From the NCBI GenBank assembly GCA_965240325.2, contig OZ251232.1:744001-808000 (forward strand): a DNA stretch of 64,000 nucleotides, given 5' to 3'. The translations under genes and the position numbers were made by a program. The DNA comes from Rebecca billardiae RCC1528 (taxonomy: Eukaryota > Protista > Haptophyta). Shown here in pieces: positions 49,750 to 60,862 of this stretch; position 1 is the stretch's first letter, and every line of letters begins with the position of its first letter. Below the pieces are notes generated by a model. That model had not been told where the DNA came from and searched no databases. It worked only from the letters and a program-made list of their open reading frames with translations.

Positions 49750-51633
49750 TCATACGGTCATCGGCACAACCCCTTCGGGCCCGGGGCCAGGGCTGCCGCC
49801 GTCCGCCGCATGCGCATCGCCACTGCCATCATGATCAGCCATGGCAGCGTCGTGGCCATGACGGTCCGTGTACGGGCTCCCCGGAGCGGAGCGCTCGGCC
49901 ACGTCGCTCGACAGGCCAGCCGCACCGGGCACGGCCGCAGGCGCACGTGCCGATGCCCCTGCCGCGCCAGCAGCCACGCGCACGACGCCCGGGGCGCGCG
50001 GCGGGGTCGTGCTTTGGCCGCGGGGCGCACGCGTGCGCGGCGGCGCCGCTCGCCGCTCCGTGCCGTCCACAGTCGCCCTGCGGTCTGGCTGCTGCGTGCG
50101 CGCAGACGGCGGCGGCATGCCGAAGAGGAAGCCAAGGCGTGGCCAGAGGAAGCCGCGCCACACAGGCTCCGGCGCAGACGCGCTGTCCTCGCCGCTCTCG
50201 CCCTCGCCATGCCCAGCCGCCTCACTGCTGCCTCGGCCGTCCGTGCTGCCGCCTCTGGCACCGCTGCCCTGCGCACCAGCGGGGCCGGCCTCTGGCTGGT
50301 GCGCCAGCGGCTCCTCGGGGCGCGCCGGGTGAGCGCCCGTGCCGTTCAGGGCACGGCGCTCACCTTCGCCAGCGCCCGCCTCGCCCAGGGTCCCCTCGGG
50401 CTGGGCGCCCGGCGGCTCGGCGGGGATTGGCTCTGAGGGCGGCGCGACCGCTGCGCCGCCTTGCGCCATGCCCTCAGCCGCCGCGGGGGCGACAGGGCGC
50501 GCGGCCGCGGCGAGGGGCTCGGCGTGCGGTGCCGGCTGCTGCGCCGCCGCCGCGTCGAGCCTCGCGCGCAGCCCCGCCACCTGCGCGCGCTCCGCCTCGA
50601 GCTGCGCGCCCAGCTCGGCGCGAAACTGCTTGAAGTAGGCGCGCGCCACCACCGCGTCCTCCTCCGCGGCCGCCAGCTGGTCGCTCAGCTCGTCCGCGCG
50701 CGCGTCCGCTGCGGCGGCGGCGGCGGCGGCGGTCGCGGCGGCCTCGCGCGCCTCGGCGAGCGCCGCGGCCGACGACGACTCGTCCGCACCCCGCACGCCC
50801 GACGCCCCCTCCGCCGCGGACGGCGCGTGCGCGCCACCATCACCGCCGCCGTCGCCGTCGGCCGCGGGCGCGTGCGCTCTCGAGCGCAGCAAAGCCTCGA
50901 GCTGCTCGCAGCGGCGCCGCAGCTGCTCGATGGTGCGCTCGAGCTGCTCGATGGCCTCAGCGCCGCCCGCCGCATCTTTGGGCGCGACCTCGCCCGCGCC
51001 GCTCGGCGGCGGTGCCGCGTGCCCGTTCGGCGCGCCGCGCTTGCGCTGCTCGCGCGCGAGGGCGGACACGGCCTCGTCACGCTCCGCCGAGACGCGCTTC
51101 ACGACCGCGCCGAGCGCCGAGGTCATGGCGGCCTTCTCCTCGCGCACGCGCTGCGCCTCGTCCACCGCCGCCTGCAGCGCCGCGTTCAGCCGCCCCTTCT
51201 CGTGGATGAACGCGCCCGTCTGCCGGCGCAGCGCCTCGACGCGAGCCTCGAGGTCCTCGTTGACCGTGCGCAGCTGCACGACGTCTCGCGGGATCTCGGC
51301 TCTGAGGCGCTCGAGCTCGGCGCGGGTGCGCTCGAGCTCGAGCGAGACGGCGGCGCGGGGCGCCTGCGAGCGCTTGTCCACCAGCTCGTGCAGCCGCTCC
51401 AGGTGCGACGGCAGCACCTTGAGGCACAGCTCCTCGAGCCTGCCGCCGAGAGGCGAGTGCGCGCCGCCGTCCGCAGAGGCCGGCGCGTGCGCGGGCGGCG
51501 GCAACAAGGAGTGGAGGTCCTCGAGGAAGAGCTTGGTCGCGGACCGAAGGATCTGCGCGTCCACGTCGATGGCGTCCTCCGCCGGCGCTCGTGCTGCGAG
51601 CACCTCTGCGGGGGGCTCGTGCAACGCCGGCAT
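49750..51633 (-). CDS. Coiled-coil protein of unknown function (3' structure uncertain)
   Basis: Long E/L/R/A-rich heptad segments (LELERTRAELERLRAE..., IEQLERTIEQLRRRCEQLE). Start placed at ATG 51633. Confidence 0.7.
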   Translation of the reverse strand: MPALHEPPAEVLAARAPAEDAIDVDAQILRSATKLFLEDLHSLLPPPAHAPASADGGAHSPLGGRLEELCLKVLPSHLERLHELVDKRSQAPRAAVSLELERTRAELERLRAEIPRDVVQLRTVNEDLEARVEALRRQTGAFIHEKGRLNAALQAAVDEAQRVREEKAAMTSALGAVVKRVSAERDEAVSALAREQRKRGAPNGHAAPPPSGAGEVAPKDAAGGAEAIEQLERTIEQLRRRCEQLEALLRSRAHAPAADGDGGGDGGAHAPSAAEGASGVRGADESSSAAALAEAREAAATAAAAAAAADARADELSDQLAAAEEDAVVARAYFKQFRAELGAQLEAERAQVAGLRARLDAAAAQQPAPHAEPLAAAARPVAPAAAEGMAQGGAAVAPPSEPIPAEPPGAQPEGTLGEAGAGEGERRALNGTGAHPARPEEPLAHQPEAGPAGAQGSGARGGSTDGRGSSEAAGHGEGESGEDSASAPEPVWRGFLWPRLGFLFGMPPPSARTQQPDRRATVDGTERRAAPPRTRAPRGQSTTPPRAPGVVRVAAGAAGASARAPAAVPGAAGLSSDVAERSAPGSPYTDRHGHDAAMADHDGSGDAHAADGGSPGPGPEGVVPMTV

Positions 51634-52010
51634 CCTTTCACGACCGCGCGAATACCCGCTGGCAGGCGCAGCGGACCTTTGCCCAGCGCCCGCACCAAAG
51701 CCGCACCGGCGCAAATGCGCATCCCGAGCCCAACCGGAAAGTTCTCCCGTCCGGCTTTGCACGGGGCAAGCAGGTACCGATCGGGTCCGGTCGCGGAGCC
51801 CGAGCCGATGACGATCACGATGTCGATGTCACTTGTCAGTCAGCACCTCCTAGTCTTGTAAGCAGCCGTCTGCCATTGGCTGAACAAGTGCAAAGCCGGT
51901 CTCGTGACGATCGTCGATCGATCGGAGTCCCCTCAAGTCGCGGTGGACATTTATCGCGGGACGGTCAGATCCCAGACGTCGTCGCTCCTCAGCATTGCTG
52001 ATTGCAGCCG

Positions 52011-55000
52011 TCAGAAGTTCTTATGCATCATGTGCTGCAGCATGGCGTCATTCTTGGCGCGGTCGGCAAAGCGGTCGGCCTTTTTGTTCGGCACGCCCGC
52101 CTTGCCGCGCCCCGCGCCCGCTCGGCTCGGGAGCTGGGCCACGCGCGGGGCCCCGGCCCCGCCGCCCTTCCGCGCGCCGGCGGGTGCGCCGCCCGCTCTG
52201 CTCTCGGGGGCGGAGTTGGCCGGCGGCGCGGCGTGCGCGTGCGCGGGCGAGAGCTGCGGCTGCAAGTGCCGGGCCGAGCTCGCGCGCTCGCCCTGCGGCT
52301 GTGAGCTCGCCTGCTCTCGGCGCGCGCGGCATGGCGCCAGGCGGGGCGTGCGCGCGCGGAACGCGTCAGCACGCCGGCCGTCGCCTCGCTCCGCGCGCGG
52401 CGCGGCGAGCGGTCGCGGTCGCGGTCGCGCGCACGTAAGGCATGCTGGGATCGATGCGCGGCAGCCCCAGTGGCGGTGAGGGCTGCGAGTGCGCCGCGCC
52501 CGCGCCGCTGCCGAGCGGCGCGCCTCCGTTGACCGCCAGGCTGGGCACCCCTGGCGCGTGCTGCGGGTACGGCGCGCTCACGCCCACGCCCATGTAGGCG
52601 GAGCCGCCCGCGCCGCCGTAGGGCGCAGCTCCGCCGCCCATGTACACGGATGGCGGCGAAGGCGCGCCGCCCGGCGGCAGCCCGATCAGAGGCCCGTGCT
52701 GCCCGTGCGGCCCCTGCCCCTGCCACTGCCCCTGCCCCTGCCCCAGCGGCTGCCCCTGCGGCTGCTGCGCATAGAAGCCGCTCCCGCACCCGGGCGCCTG
52801 ACCCGCCTGACCCGCGTGCGGCGCGTATGGCGCGTGCGGCGCGGACGCCTCCCAGCCTCTCGTGTCGACGGGCGGCGGCGCGGGCGGCGGCGCACCACCG
52901 GCAGCAGAGCCCACCCACTGGCCACGGGCCACGAGCGCGCCCGCGCCGCCGCCTCCGCCCGCCGCCGCGGCCAGGCCCAAAAGGCTCTGGTCGCCTGGCC
53001 TGAGGGAGCCGAGCGCGTGCGCCAGCGAGGCCTCCGCCTGGCTCAGGTGCGTCTGCGAGGGGGCGTGCGCGCGGCGCGGAGCAGGGGCGGGGGCGGCGGC
53101 GGCGCGCGCGCGCGCGTTGGCGCCGGTCCGGAGGCACGGTGCGAGGCGAGGGGCACGCGCACGCGCGGCGCGGCGGCGGCGGGCGGAGCGGCGCGCAGGG
53201 CGGCAGGGCGAGCGCGCGCCACGGGCCGGCCTGCGTGCGTCCGGCCTCGGGCCGCCCCGGACGTGCGCCGCGGGCGTACGCGGCCGCCCCGGGCGCGCGC
53301 GCCGCACCTTGAGCTCGAAGCACACGCGCACCCAGTCCGCCACCTCGGCGTGCATGGCGGAGGCGCGCACGAGCGCCCCCAGCAGCCCGTCCACCTCAGC
53401 GCGCAGCGCGCCCGCCTGCCGCGCGACCTCGGCCTGCGCGGCGGCGAAGGCCGCGGCCTGGCGGTCGAGCGAGGTGCGCCACTGCGCGACCGCGTCCTCG
53501 CGCGCGCGCCGCTCGCTCGCCAGCTCGGCGTGCGCCGCTCGCAACCGCTCCGACTCCTCGACGCCCGCCAGCTGCCGCGCGCGCTCGGCCTCGCTCGCGC
53601 CGCGCGCCTCCGCCTTGGCGAGTGCGGCGCTCGCGCCCTCCAGCCTGACCTCCGCCTCGCGCGCGGCGAGGCGCAGCCGCACGTGCTCCTCCTCCAGCGC
53701 GCCGATGCGCTGCTCCGCCGCGGACGCCGCGCCCGACGCCTCGGCGCGCGCCGCCTGCAGCTGCCCCTCGAGCTCGCGCGCGCGCTCGGCCAGCGCGCGG
53801 CCGTGCTCGTGAGCGCCGCTCAGCTCGGCCCGGAGCGCCGCGGCCTCGGCCGAGCCGCGGTCGGCCGCCGAGCGCGCCTCGGCCTCCAGGCCGGCGGCGC
53901 GCTGCGCGGCGCGCTCCCACCCGGCCTCGGCGCGCTGGCGGTACTGCACCTCCTGCGCGACGCGCGCCTCCGCCTCCTCGCGCGCGCGCACCGCCGCCCC
54001 GAGCGAGCCCTGCTGCGCCGCGCGCGCCTCCTCCGCCGCCACCACCTTCGCCTCCAAGTCGCCCAGCGTGCGCTCGATCGCCGCGCGCTGCTGGTCGGCC
54101 TGGCGGCCCGCGACGGACTTGAGCGAGAGCAGCTCGGCCTCGAGGGCCTCGCGCCGGCTGCGCTCGACGAGCAGCAGCTGGCCCAGCTCGGACGGCTCGG
54201 CCGAGCCCTCGGCACCGTCCGCGTTGGCTTGCGAGGGCGAGCGCGCGCCGCGCTCGGCGCGCGCCGCCGCAGGCTGGCCCGGCGCGGCCGCGCCGGCGGC
54301 GGCGCCGGCCGCGGGCGCCGCGGCGTCGGCGAGGCGCACGGCGGCGAGCGCGCTGAGCTTCTCCTGCGTGCCTCGCAGCTGCGCCTCCGCCTCGTCCAGC
54401 GCCGTGCGCAGCATCGCGATGTGCTCGGACTGCTCTCGGATCGTGTCCGCCTGCTGGCCGCCCAGCTGCTGCGCGTGGCTCAGCTCCGTGCCGAGCTCGG
54501 CGGCGCGCACGCGGAGGTCGTCGGTGTCGAGGGCGGCGACGCGGTTGGCCGAGCTCGCGGCCGCGCGCGCGCGCGCCACCGACGCGTCGCCGTCGATCAG
54601 CTTGCGCTGCGCCTCCATCAGCCGGCGCTCGGTCTGCGCCGCCTGCGCCGTCACGCGCTCCAGCTTCTCCTGCAGCTCGGCGGCGGTGGGCTCGCCCGTG
54701 CGCGCGGCGGCGGCGCGGCCCGCGGCCGTCGCGGCGTGGCGCGCGTGCGCGAGCTCGTACTCCGCGCGCGCGAGCGCCGAGGCCAGCGCGTGCGCGCGGC
54801 TCGCGTGGCCGCCCTCGGCGAGGCGCGCGATGAGACGCTCCGCGGCAGACGCCTCGCCGGCCGCCTTTGCGGGCCAGCGAGACATGGCCTCGCGGTCGGC
54901 GGTGGCGAGGAGATCGACAAAGGAGGGGTTCGGCGCGGGCGCGGGAGGCGCCCGAGCGCCCGGCGCCGCGCCGCCGCTGAGCCAGGTCAGCTCCTTCATG

Positions 55001-55020
55001 GGCTGGGCCTGCGCCACCAT
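52011..55020 (-). CDS. Long coiled-coil protein, 3 exons (55020-53308, 53052-52435, 52310-52011)
   Basis: Extended heptads. Introns 53307-53053 (GTGCGG...TCGCAG) and 52434-52311 (GTGCGC...GCTGAC...GAGCAG) join frames to end ...AKNDAMLQHMMHKNF*. Confidence 0.8.
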
Positions 55021-55186
55021 CGCCCTGGGCCGGGGCGGCGGTTACGCTCGCCTCCGATCCGCCCTACAAAATAAAGCAAAAACAACTTCGCTGCTGATGA
55101 GAAAACAAGACAAGGTCGTCATCAAAATGAGCCGCCAGAATATATAATAAAAGTCGCCCGACGACAAACCGCGCGCGCAATCTGCG

Positions 55187-56272
55187 ATGTCGGCCGCCAC
55201 GTGTCGCCGAGCAGGATGGCTGCTCATCGGCCTTGCGGCCCTGGCGCTGGGCAAGCCGACGGAGCAGCTGCCGTCGCGAGTGGTATTCCACTTGCAGGTG
55301 CGCGTGCGCGCGTGCGGCCCCGCCGCAGCCCCAGTCGGCGCCGCCCCTGACGTGCCGGCCGCCCCGCGCACGCGGCGCACGCACGGCGGATGCGATGCAG
55401 GACCCAACAGACGGGCTGTGTCTGAGCCCGCGCGGCTTCGCGGCATGCGACACGACGACGCTGTGGACGGTCGGCATGGTAAAGGGCCGGCAGTCTATCG
55501 TCTCGTTCCTCTACCCTAGCGAGGAGGCGTTCTGCCTCGAGCGCGTGCCGATCGGCAAGTATGATTCGCGCGTGCGCATCGCGTCGTGCAAGGCGAAGGG
55601 CTCGCTGGCGTGGAACATCAAGACGAAGCCGACGGGCGCGATGGTCATGGCGGACACGACCCAGTGCATCGCGCGCCAGAACAACTTCGCCGCGATGCAG
55701 CCGTGCGACTTTGGGTACACGGCTCTCTCGGTGGTGGACGCGGGTGTGCACGACCGCGGCTTCCTTCTCGCCACCAAGGATGGCACGTGCTTCGACGGCG
55801 TGCGCTTCCGGCTGTGCGACCCGAAGGACGCGCGACTGTACTGGGGCGCGGCCGTTCGCTTCGACAACCCGCGCGGAGATGTGCGCGCACGCGCGCGCGG
55901 CGCCTGCGAGCCATGCGCGCGTGCCTCGGCTGAGTGCGCTCTGCGCGGATTCGGCCGCGGGTGCGCTCGCTCGGTGGCTCGCGCGGCGCGCAGGGGTACT
56001 ATTCGCTGTTCAAATTCCACGCGATCCGCGGGGAGCCCGGCCAAAAGTGCCTGGTGAAGGACTCGAGCAAGCGCACCGCTCCGAGTGCGCTTGGCGAGTG
56101 CACGCACTCGGGCGCCAAGCACTGGGCACTCATCGACGGCAAACTGACGCACGCACAGACCAAGAGCTGCGTGAAGCGCGACGAGAAGACGGGCGCGGGC
56201 AAGCTGCAGCCGTGCCGCGATGGCGCCACGTGGATGCAGTGGACCCTCCCTGGCGACGCCATGCGGTACTGA
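55187..56272 (+). CDS. Secreted ricin-B (beta-trefoil) lectin-like protein, 3 exons (55187-55297, 55401-55880, 55994-56272)
   Basis: Signal WLLIGLAALALG; repeated C-L...C-x(5-7)-W subdomains; two phase-0 GTGCGC...CAG introns join the three ORF pieces in frame. Confidence 0.8.
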
Positions 56273-56523
56273 GGGATTGCGCGCGCCGTGTGCGAATGCC
56301 CTGCTGATGATGTTGAGTGCAGAGTGGGTCCCTGCGGTGACGGGCGCCGTCGTCACATGTTACTTACGCCGCCCGTCAAACAAACATGGTCGCGGTGCCG
56401 ATGGCTGCCATGATGAGCTCGGCGCGAGCTGTCTGCGGCCCGGGATATAAGGCGAGCGTGCGACGGGCTGTCCATTCAGCTCATTCGTCGCCACGACGAT
56501 GCCAATATAATCAATATATATAT

Positions 56524-57058
56524 GGCTCCGGCGGGACTCGGGTCCATTACTCCACCGCGCCCCCCCACTGCTCCGTTACGTCTTGCCTCTTGCCGGGCTG
56601 AGTCTTGGCCTGAGCCGAAGTCAACCAAGCGGACCATCACCATGTCCATGTCACAGCAGAGTCCCTTCCGACCCCCGATAGATTGATGACTTCAACGAGA
56701 AATGTAGCGAGTTGCATCCGACCACCTCCCAATAGGTTCGTCAGACTCTATATTTTTACTATATGTAATTACCCGTCCCCCACTCAGATTTCAGCACAAC
56801 CCGGGAGCGTTCCGGACACCTGTATACATATGCGAAAATGGTACCCGGATTGGGTATTTAGTTATAGAAAATAGAGTCCAAACCTATTGGAGGTGTGGCT
56901 GATGATCCATCTGGCTGTAATGTTGTCCAAGGGACCGCCTGGGGTGGTCTAGGAGCGCTATCGCGTAGATCATCAGAGGCGGCGATCCCGCCGATTGCAG
57001 TGTCAAGATGTAACCGGCTCCAGTGACCGGACTGGGGGGGTGGACCGAAGCCGGAGCC
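56524..57058 (+). mobile_element. MITE family B, complete copy (~535 bp)
   Basis: AT|GGCTCCGG...CCGGAGCC|AT termini with imperfect ~30-bp TIRs; inner inverted repeat CCACCTCCCAATAGGTT...AACCTATTGGAGGTGTGG (56722-56898). Confidence 0.85.
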
Positions 57059-57608
57059 ATACATATATATATATGAATAATATGCTGATGCTGATCAGAT
57101 GCGGGTCACGCGAGCACGCAACGGATAGATACGACGCGCGGATATACCGTACGTACCGCGCCGCGTATCACTATATATCTGATAGTTGAGACTGCTGTCT
57201 ATCTGACTCTGAGTAGACAGTATAGCAGCATGCAGTTCACTACTCACTAGCAGCGCAGCGCCTGTGAGGTGAGTAGTCAGCACGACACGTAGTACCGCCG
57301 TTGCCCCCGTATAACTAGTTTGAATCTGTACGTCCGTACTACGCCAGTAGTACGGTCGTACTACTACGCCAGTAGTAGTACGAGTACGATCGACTGCTAC
57401 TCTATCCGCATCATATCAGTACTGCTATGTACCACTACCAGCGCCAGGTAGGCACTGATGATTATTACGCGTTATTACCGAGCAGCGGCTGTACAATCGT
57501 GACTACTGACAGCTAACTACTCCCGTAGGCGATTTAGCTAGTCACGGCTTAGATGGGCGCTGACCAGGGCGGACTGAAGATGGTTCAGCGCGTGCTGAGG
57601 CGGGCTGC

Positions 57609-58388
57609 TCACAGGTCATCGGGGACGTCATGCACGGTCATCTCTTCCTCCAGTGCATCGGCCGTAGTGGCCGATGACGAGGTGGCTGGCGCGGATGACT
57701 CTGAGGACGGCTCCTCCGAGGTCGCTGGGGCGTCAAGCTTGGCGTCAAGGCGCTGCACGTCGATGCGTGCGCGCACATGCTTGCGCTCAGGCTCAAGTGC
57801 CTCGTCTGGCACGTCGACGATGAGCTTTTCCCCCTCGACGAAGGCGCTGATCTTGTCCGCATCTACAACGTTGCGCGGCAGCTTGACGGTGCGCGACATG
57901 CGGCGGTGGCCATCCGCAGACGTCATCGTGAAAGTGAGCAGGGCATGGTCGACAGCCACGTTGAGGTTGTCAGCCGCGACACCTGTGACTGCGAGACGCG
58001 TGCTCTCCGTGCCTTCAGGTCGCTCAATGCTCATCTGGGGCATCTTGGCCTCCGCGTCAGCGAAGACGCGGCTGAGCTCGCTGAGCGATGCGTCGAGCTC
58101 CTGCGCGAGCTCGTCGAAGCCGCGGGCAAAGTTGGTGAAGAACGGGTCGCGCAGCATGGGGCTGAACGGGTCTCGAAGCGCCGCCAACTCGTTGCTGAGC
58201 GAACGCCGCGCCGGCATCAGGCCGCCCATCTCGGCGCGCGGCATGAGCACTCCGGCCATCGGATCGAACACGCGCGCGCGCGGGTAGAAGTAGAAGGACG
58301 AGGCGGACGGGACGATCGCGAGGAAGAATGCAACCGAGAGGATCATCTTCGTCTTGTTCAAGGAGAGGCTAGTCTTGCAGGGCGCCAT
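57609..58388 (-). CDS. Small heat-shock protein (HSP20/alpha-crystallin domain) with signal peptide
   Basis: DPFSPMLRDPFF N-terminal motif; LAVTGVAADNLNVAVD...MSRTVKLPRNVVDADKISAFVEGEKLIVDVP; I-x-V motif RIDV; signal MILSVAFFLAIVPSASS (alternative ATG 58346). Confidence 0.88.
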   Translation of the reverse strand: MAPCKTSLSLNKTKMILSVAFFLAIVPSASSFYFYPRARVFDPMAGVLMPRAEMGGLMPARRSLSNELAALRDPFSPMLRDPFFTNFARGFDELAQELDASLSELSRVFADAEAKMPQMSIERPEGTESTRLAVTGVAADNLNVAVDHALLTFTMTSADGHRRMSRTVKLPRNVVDADKISAFVEGEKLIVDVPDEALEPERKHVRARIDVQRLDAKLDAPATSEEPSSESSAPATSSSATTADALEEEMTVHDVPDDL

Positions 58389-60495
58389 CTTGGTCGTCTC
58401 GGTGGTTGCTGCGGCTGGCGAGGGTTGCGGGGGACGCAGGGGTCGATGGACGGTGTTTGCGTGTGACGTGGAGCTTTTCTGCGCGCCTTTGCGGCGGACG
58501 TGAGTCGTCGCGGGACAAACGGTCCAGACTGCTGTCTAGAGCGTCGCTACACGCAAGGCTACACGTGTACGTAACTTTACGGTTTGGTCGGAACTTCGCT
58601 GTCGCCACGGGGGGGGGCAGGGCGGCGAGGCAGCGCCCGCCCGGCAGCACATCGCCCCCCCCGTGGACGCTGACTCAAGCCGCACCCACCCCAGCGCGGC
58701 GATCCCACGCCAGGGAGGGCGGGCGGGAGGCGGAGGAGCGCCGCTGGCTGTCCGTGAGTGTGCCGGCGCCGCCGCGGCCTGCCGCCCGGGGGCCCCGGGC
58801 CCGGGCGGGGCCGCTGTGCTCAGGCGTCGGCCGGGGCAGGGTGCGCCGGGGGGCAGTCGCGGCGGAAGCGGTCGGCTGCACGACGTGGGCTGCCCTGACC
58901 GGCCCCGAAGGTGCGCCTGTCACGCCGAGGGTCGGCCCTCCTGCAGGTACGCTCACTTTCCGCTTGGTACCCGCGCCGCAAAGGCGAGCTGCTTCCGACT
59001 CACATCTCGTCACCGTGCGGTCACTCCGGCGATGCCGCTGCGAGCGCCGAGCCCGCGTCCGGCCAGGTATACGCCCACCTAGCGGGGAGGGGCACGGGCG
59101 GCGGCGGAGCAGCGACGCGGCAGTCATAACGCGATAACCGCCGCGGACTGCCAAACCCACCACTCCCGTCGCGTCGGCCATCGCCCCATAACCGCGCGCG
59201 CGTCGCGCTCCTTCTGGCGATCCGGTGTTTACGATAGGCGGATGCAGGGGTTGCCTGGGGCCGCCAGTCGCCACGGGGGGGGGCAGGGCGGCGAGGCAGC
59301 GCCCGCCCAAAGAGGCGCAGCGCCAGGCGCCACGCCGGCGTGGCCGGCGTCGGCCGGCGCGGCCGAGGCCAGGCCCGGCCCCGACCCCCAGAGGCGCAGC
59401 GCCCTGCCCACCACCACGCCGCACGCCGCCGGTGTGAGGCCGCGGAGCGGCGGACTGGGTGCCCCCCCCCCCTCCCCCCCAGCGCTCAGCCCCTGCCAGA
59501 GGTCGCCGAGAGCCCGCAGCGACCGGCGGACCACAGGACCACTGGCGTAACCCGCCCGTCGTCGCGCGCCGGCACAGGCCAGGCGAAGCGCTGCAGGTGA
59601 CCCGCAGGCCACGCCGTCCACTTGCCCGACGAAACCGCCCAGCAGCACGCGCGCACCGCCGCCGCCGCCGCCGGCCGGCGAGAGCGCATGCGCCCGAGCC
59701 GTCGCGGAACACACCCGAGCCGACATGAGGCGCAGGTATCGACGTCGGCTTGCCGACAACGTCGTCAACCACGCGCCTGCAGACCGCACGAGCGCCCGTG
59801 AAAGCGCGCCGAAAAGGGGCGTGCGAGGTGACGCGCACGGTGCGCGAATGGTGATGGCCGTGCGGCGCACGAATGACGATCGGTGCGCGCGCACGATGAG
59901 CGGTGCACGCGCGGGCGGATCGGAGCGCGCGCATGATAAACGGCGCATGATACTCGGCGCGCGCGCATGACGGCGCGCGCGCATGATGATCGGCGCTGGT
60001 CGGTGCGCGCGCATGATGATCGTCACGCGATGATCGGCGCGCGCGCATGACCATGCGCGCGCGTGACGAATTCGCCGCAACGGCTCGCGCGAGAGGCACA
60101 AGGCGATTGACGATGAACGCGACCACGTTCGAGCGCTCGAGCGAAGCAGGAGGTGATGAGTGAGGAAGATGGCACAGGAATGGGAGAGGAACGCGTGGCG
60201 CGTGGCGGGAAGGGCCAGGCACGCTCGGCGTGAGGAAAGGAACGCGCGTAGAAACGGAACGGAACGGAAAGCAGCGGTTCGAGCGATAGACAGGAGGTGA
60301 TTGACGACGATGAGCGCGTGCGCGCTCGAGCGACGCAGAAGGTGACGAGCGAGGAAGACCAAGGCCAGGTGAAAGCGCCGCAGGTGGCCAGCGGGCCACG
60401 TCGCTTTTCGCGCCCGAAAACGCCCAGCAGCGCGCGCGCCCCGCTGCAGTGGCAGCCGACCGGCGAGAGCTGCATCCGCCAGAGCCGCCACGCGG

Positions 60496-60830
60496 CGCAG
60501 GTATCAACGCCGGCCCGCCGACAACGTCGTCCCCGACACCCCGGCCACAGACACCACGTACACCCATGTAAGCGCGCCGAAAGGTGCGCGCGAGGATGGC
60601 GCACTCGGCACCCGAATGATGATGATGGTTGCGCGGAGCACGAATGATGATCGGCGCGCGCGGGTATCAACGCCAGCCCGCCGACGACGTCGTCCCCCAC
60701 GCCCCGGCCACAGACACCACGTACGCCCATGTAAGCGCGCCGAAAGGTGTGTGCGATGATGGCACGCTCGGCACCCGGATGATGATGCGATGGTTACGCT
60801 GAGCACGAAGTGATGATCGGCGCGCGCACA
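60496..60830. repeat. 163-bp tandem duplication, with a third diverged copy at ~59730-59892
   Basis: GGTATCAACGCC.GCCCGCCGAC.ACGTCGTCCCC... recurs with period 163. Confidence 0.85.
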
Positions 60831-60862
60831 TGATGATGATCGGCGCGCGCGCATGAGAAGAC

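Noticed and set aside
58440-58600. Heat-shock elements upstream of the sHSP
   Set aside because: Only partial matches (TCTAGA, GAACTTC); no clear array of three alternating nGAAn units.
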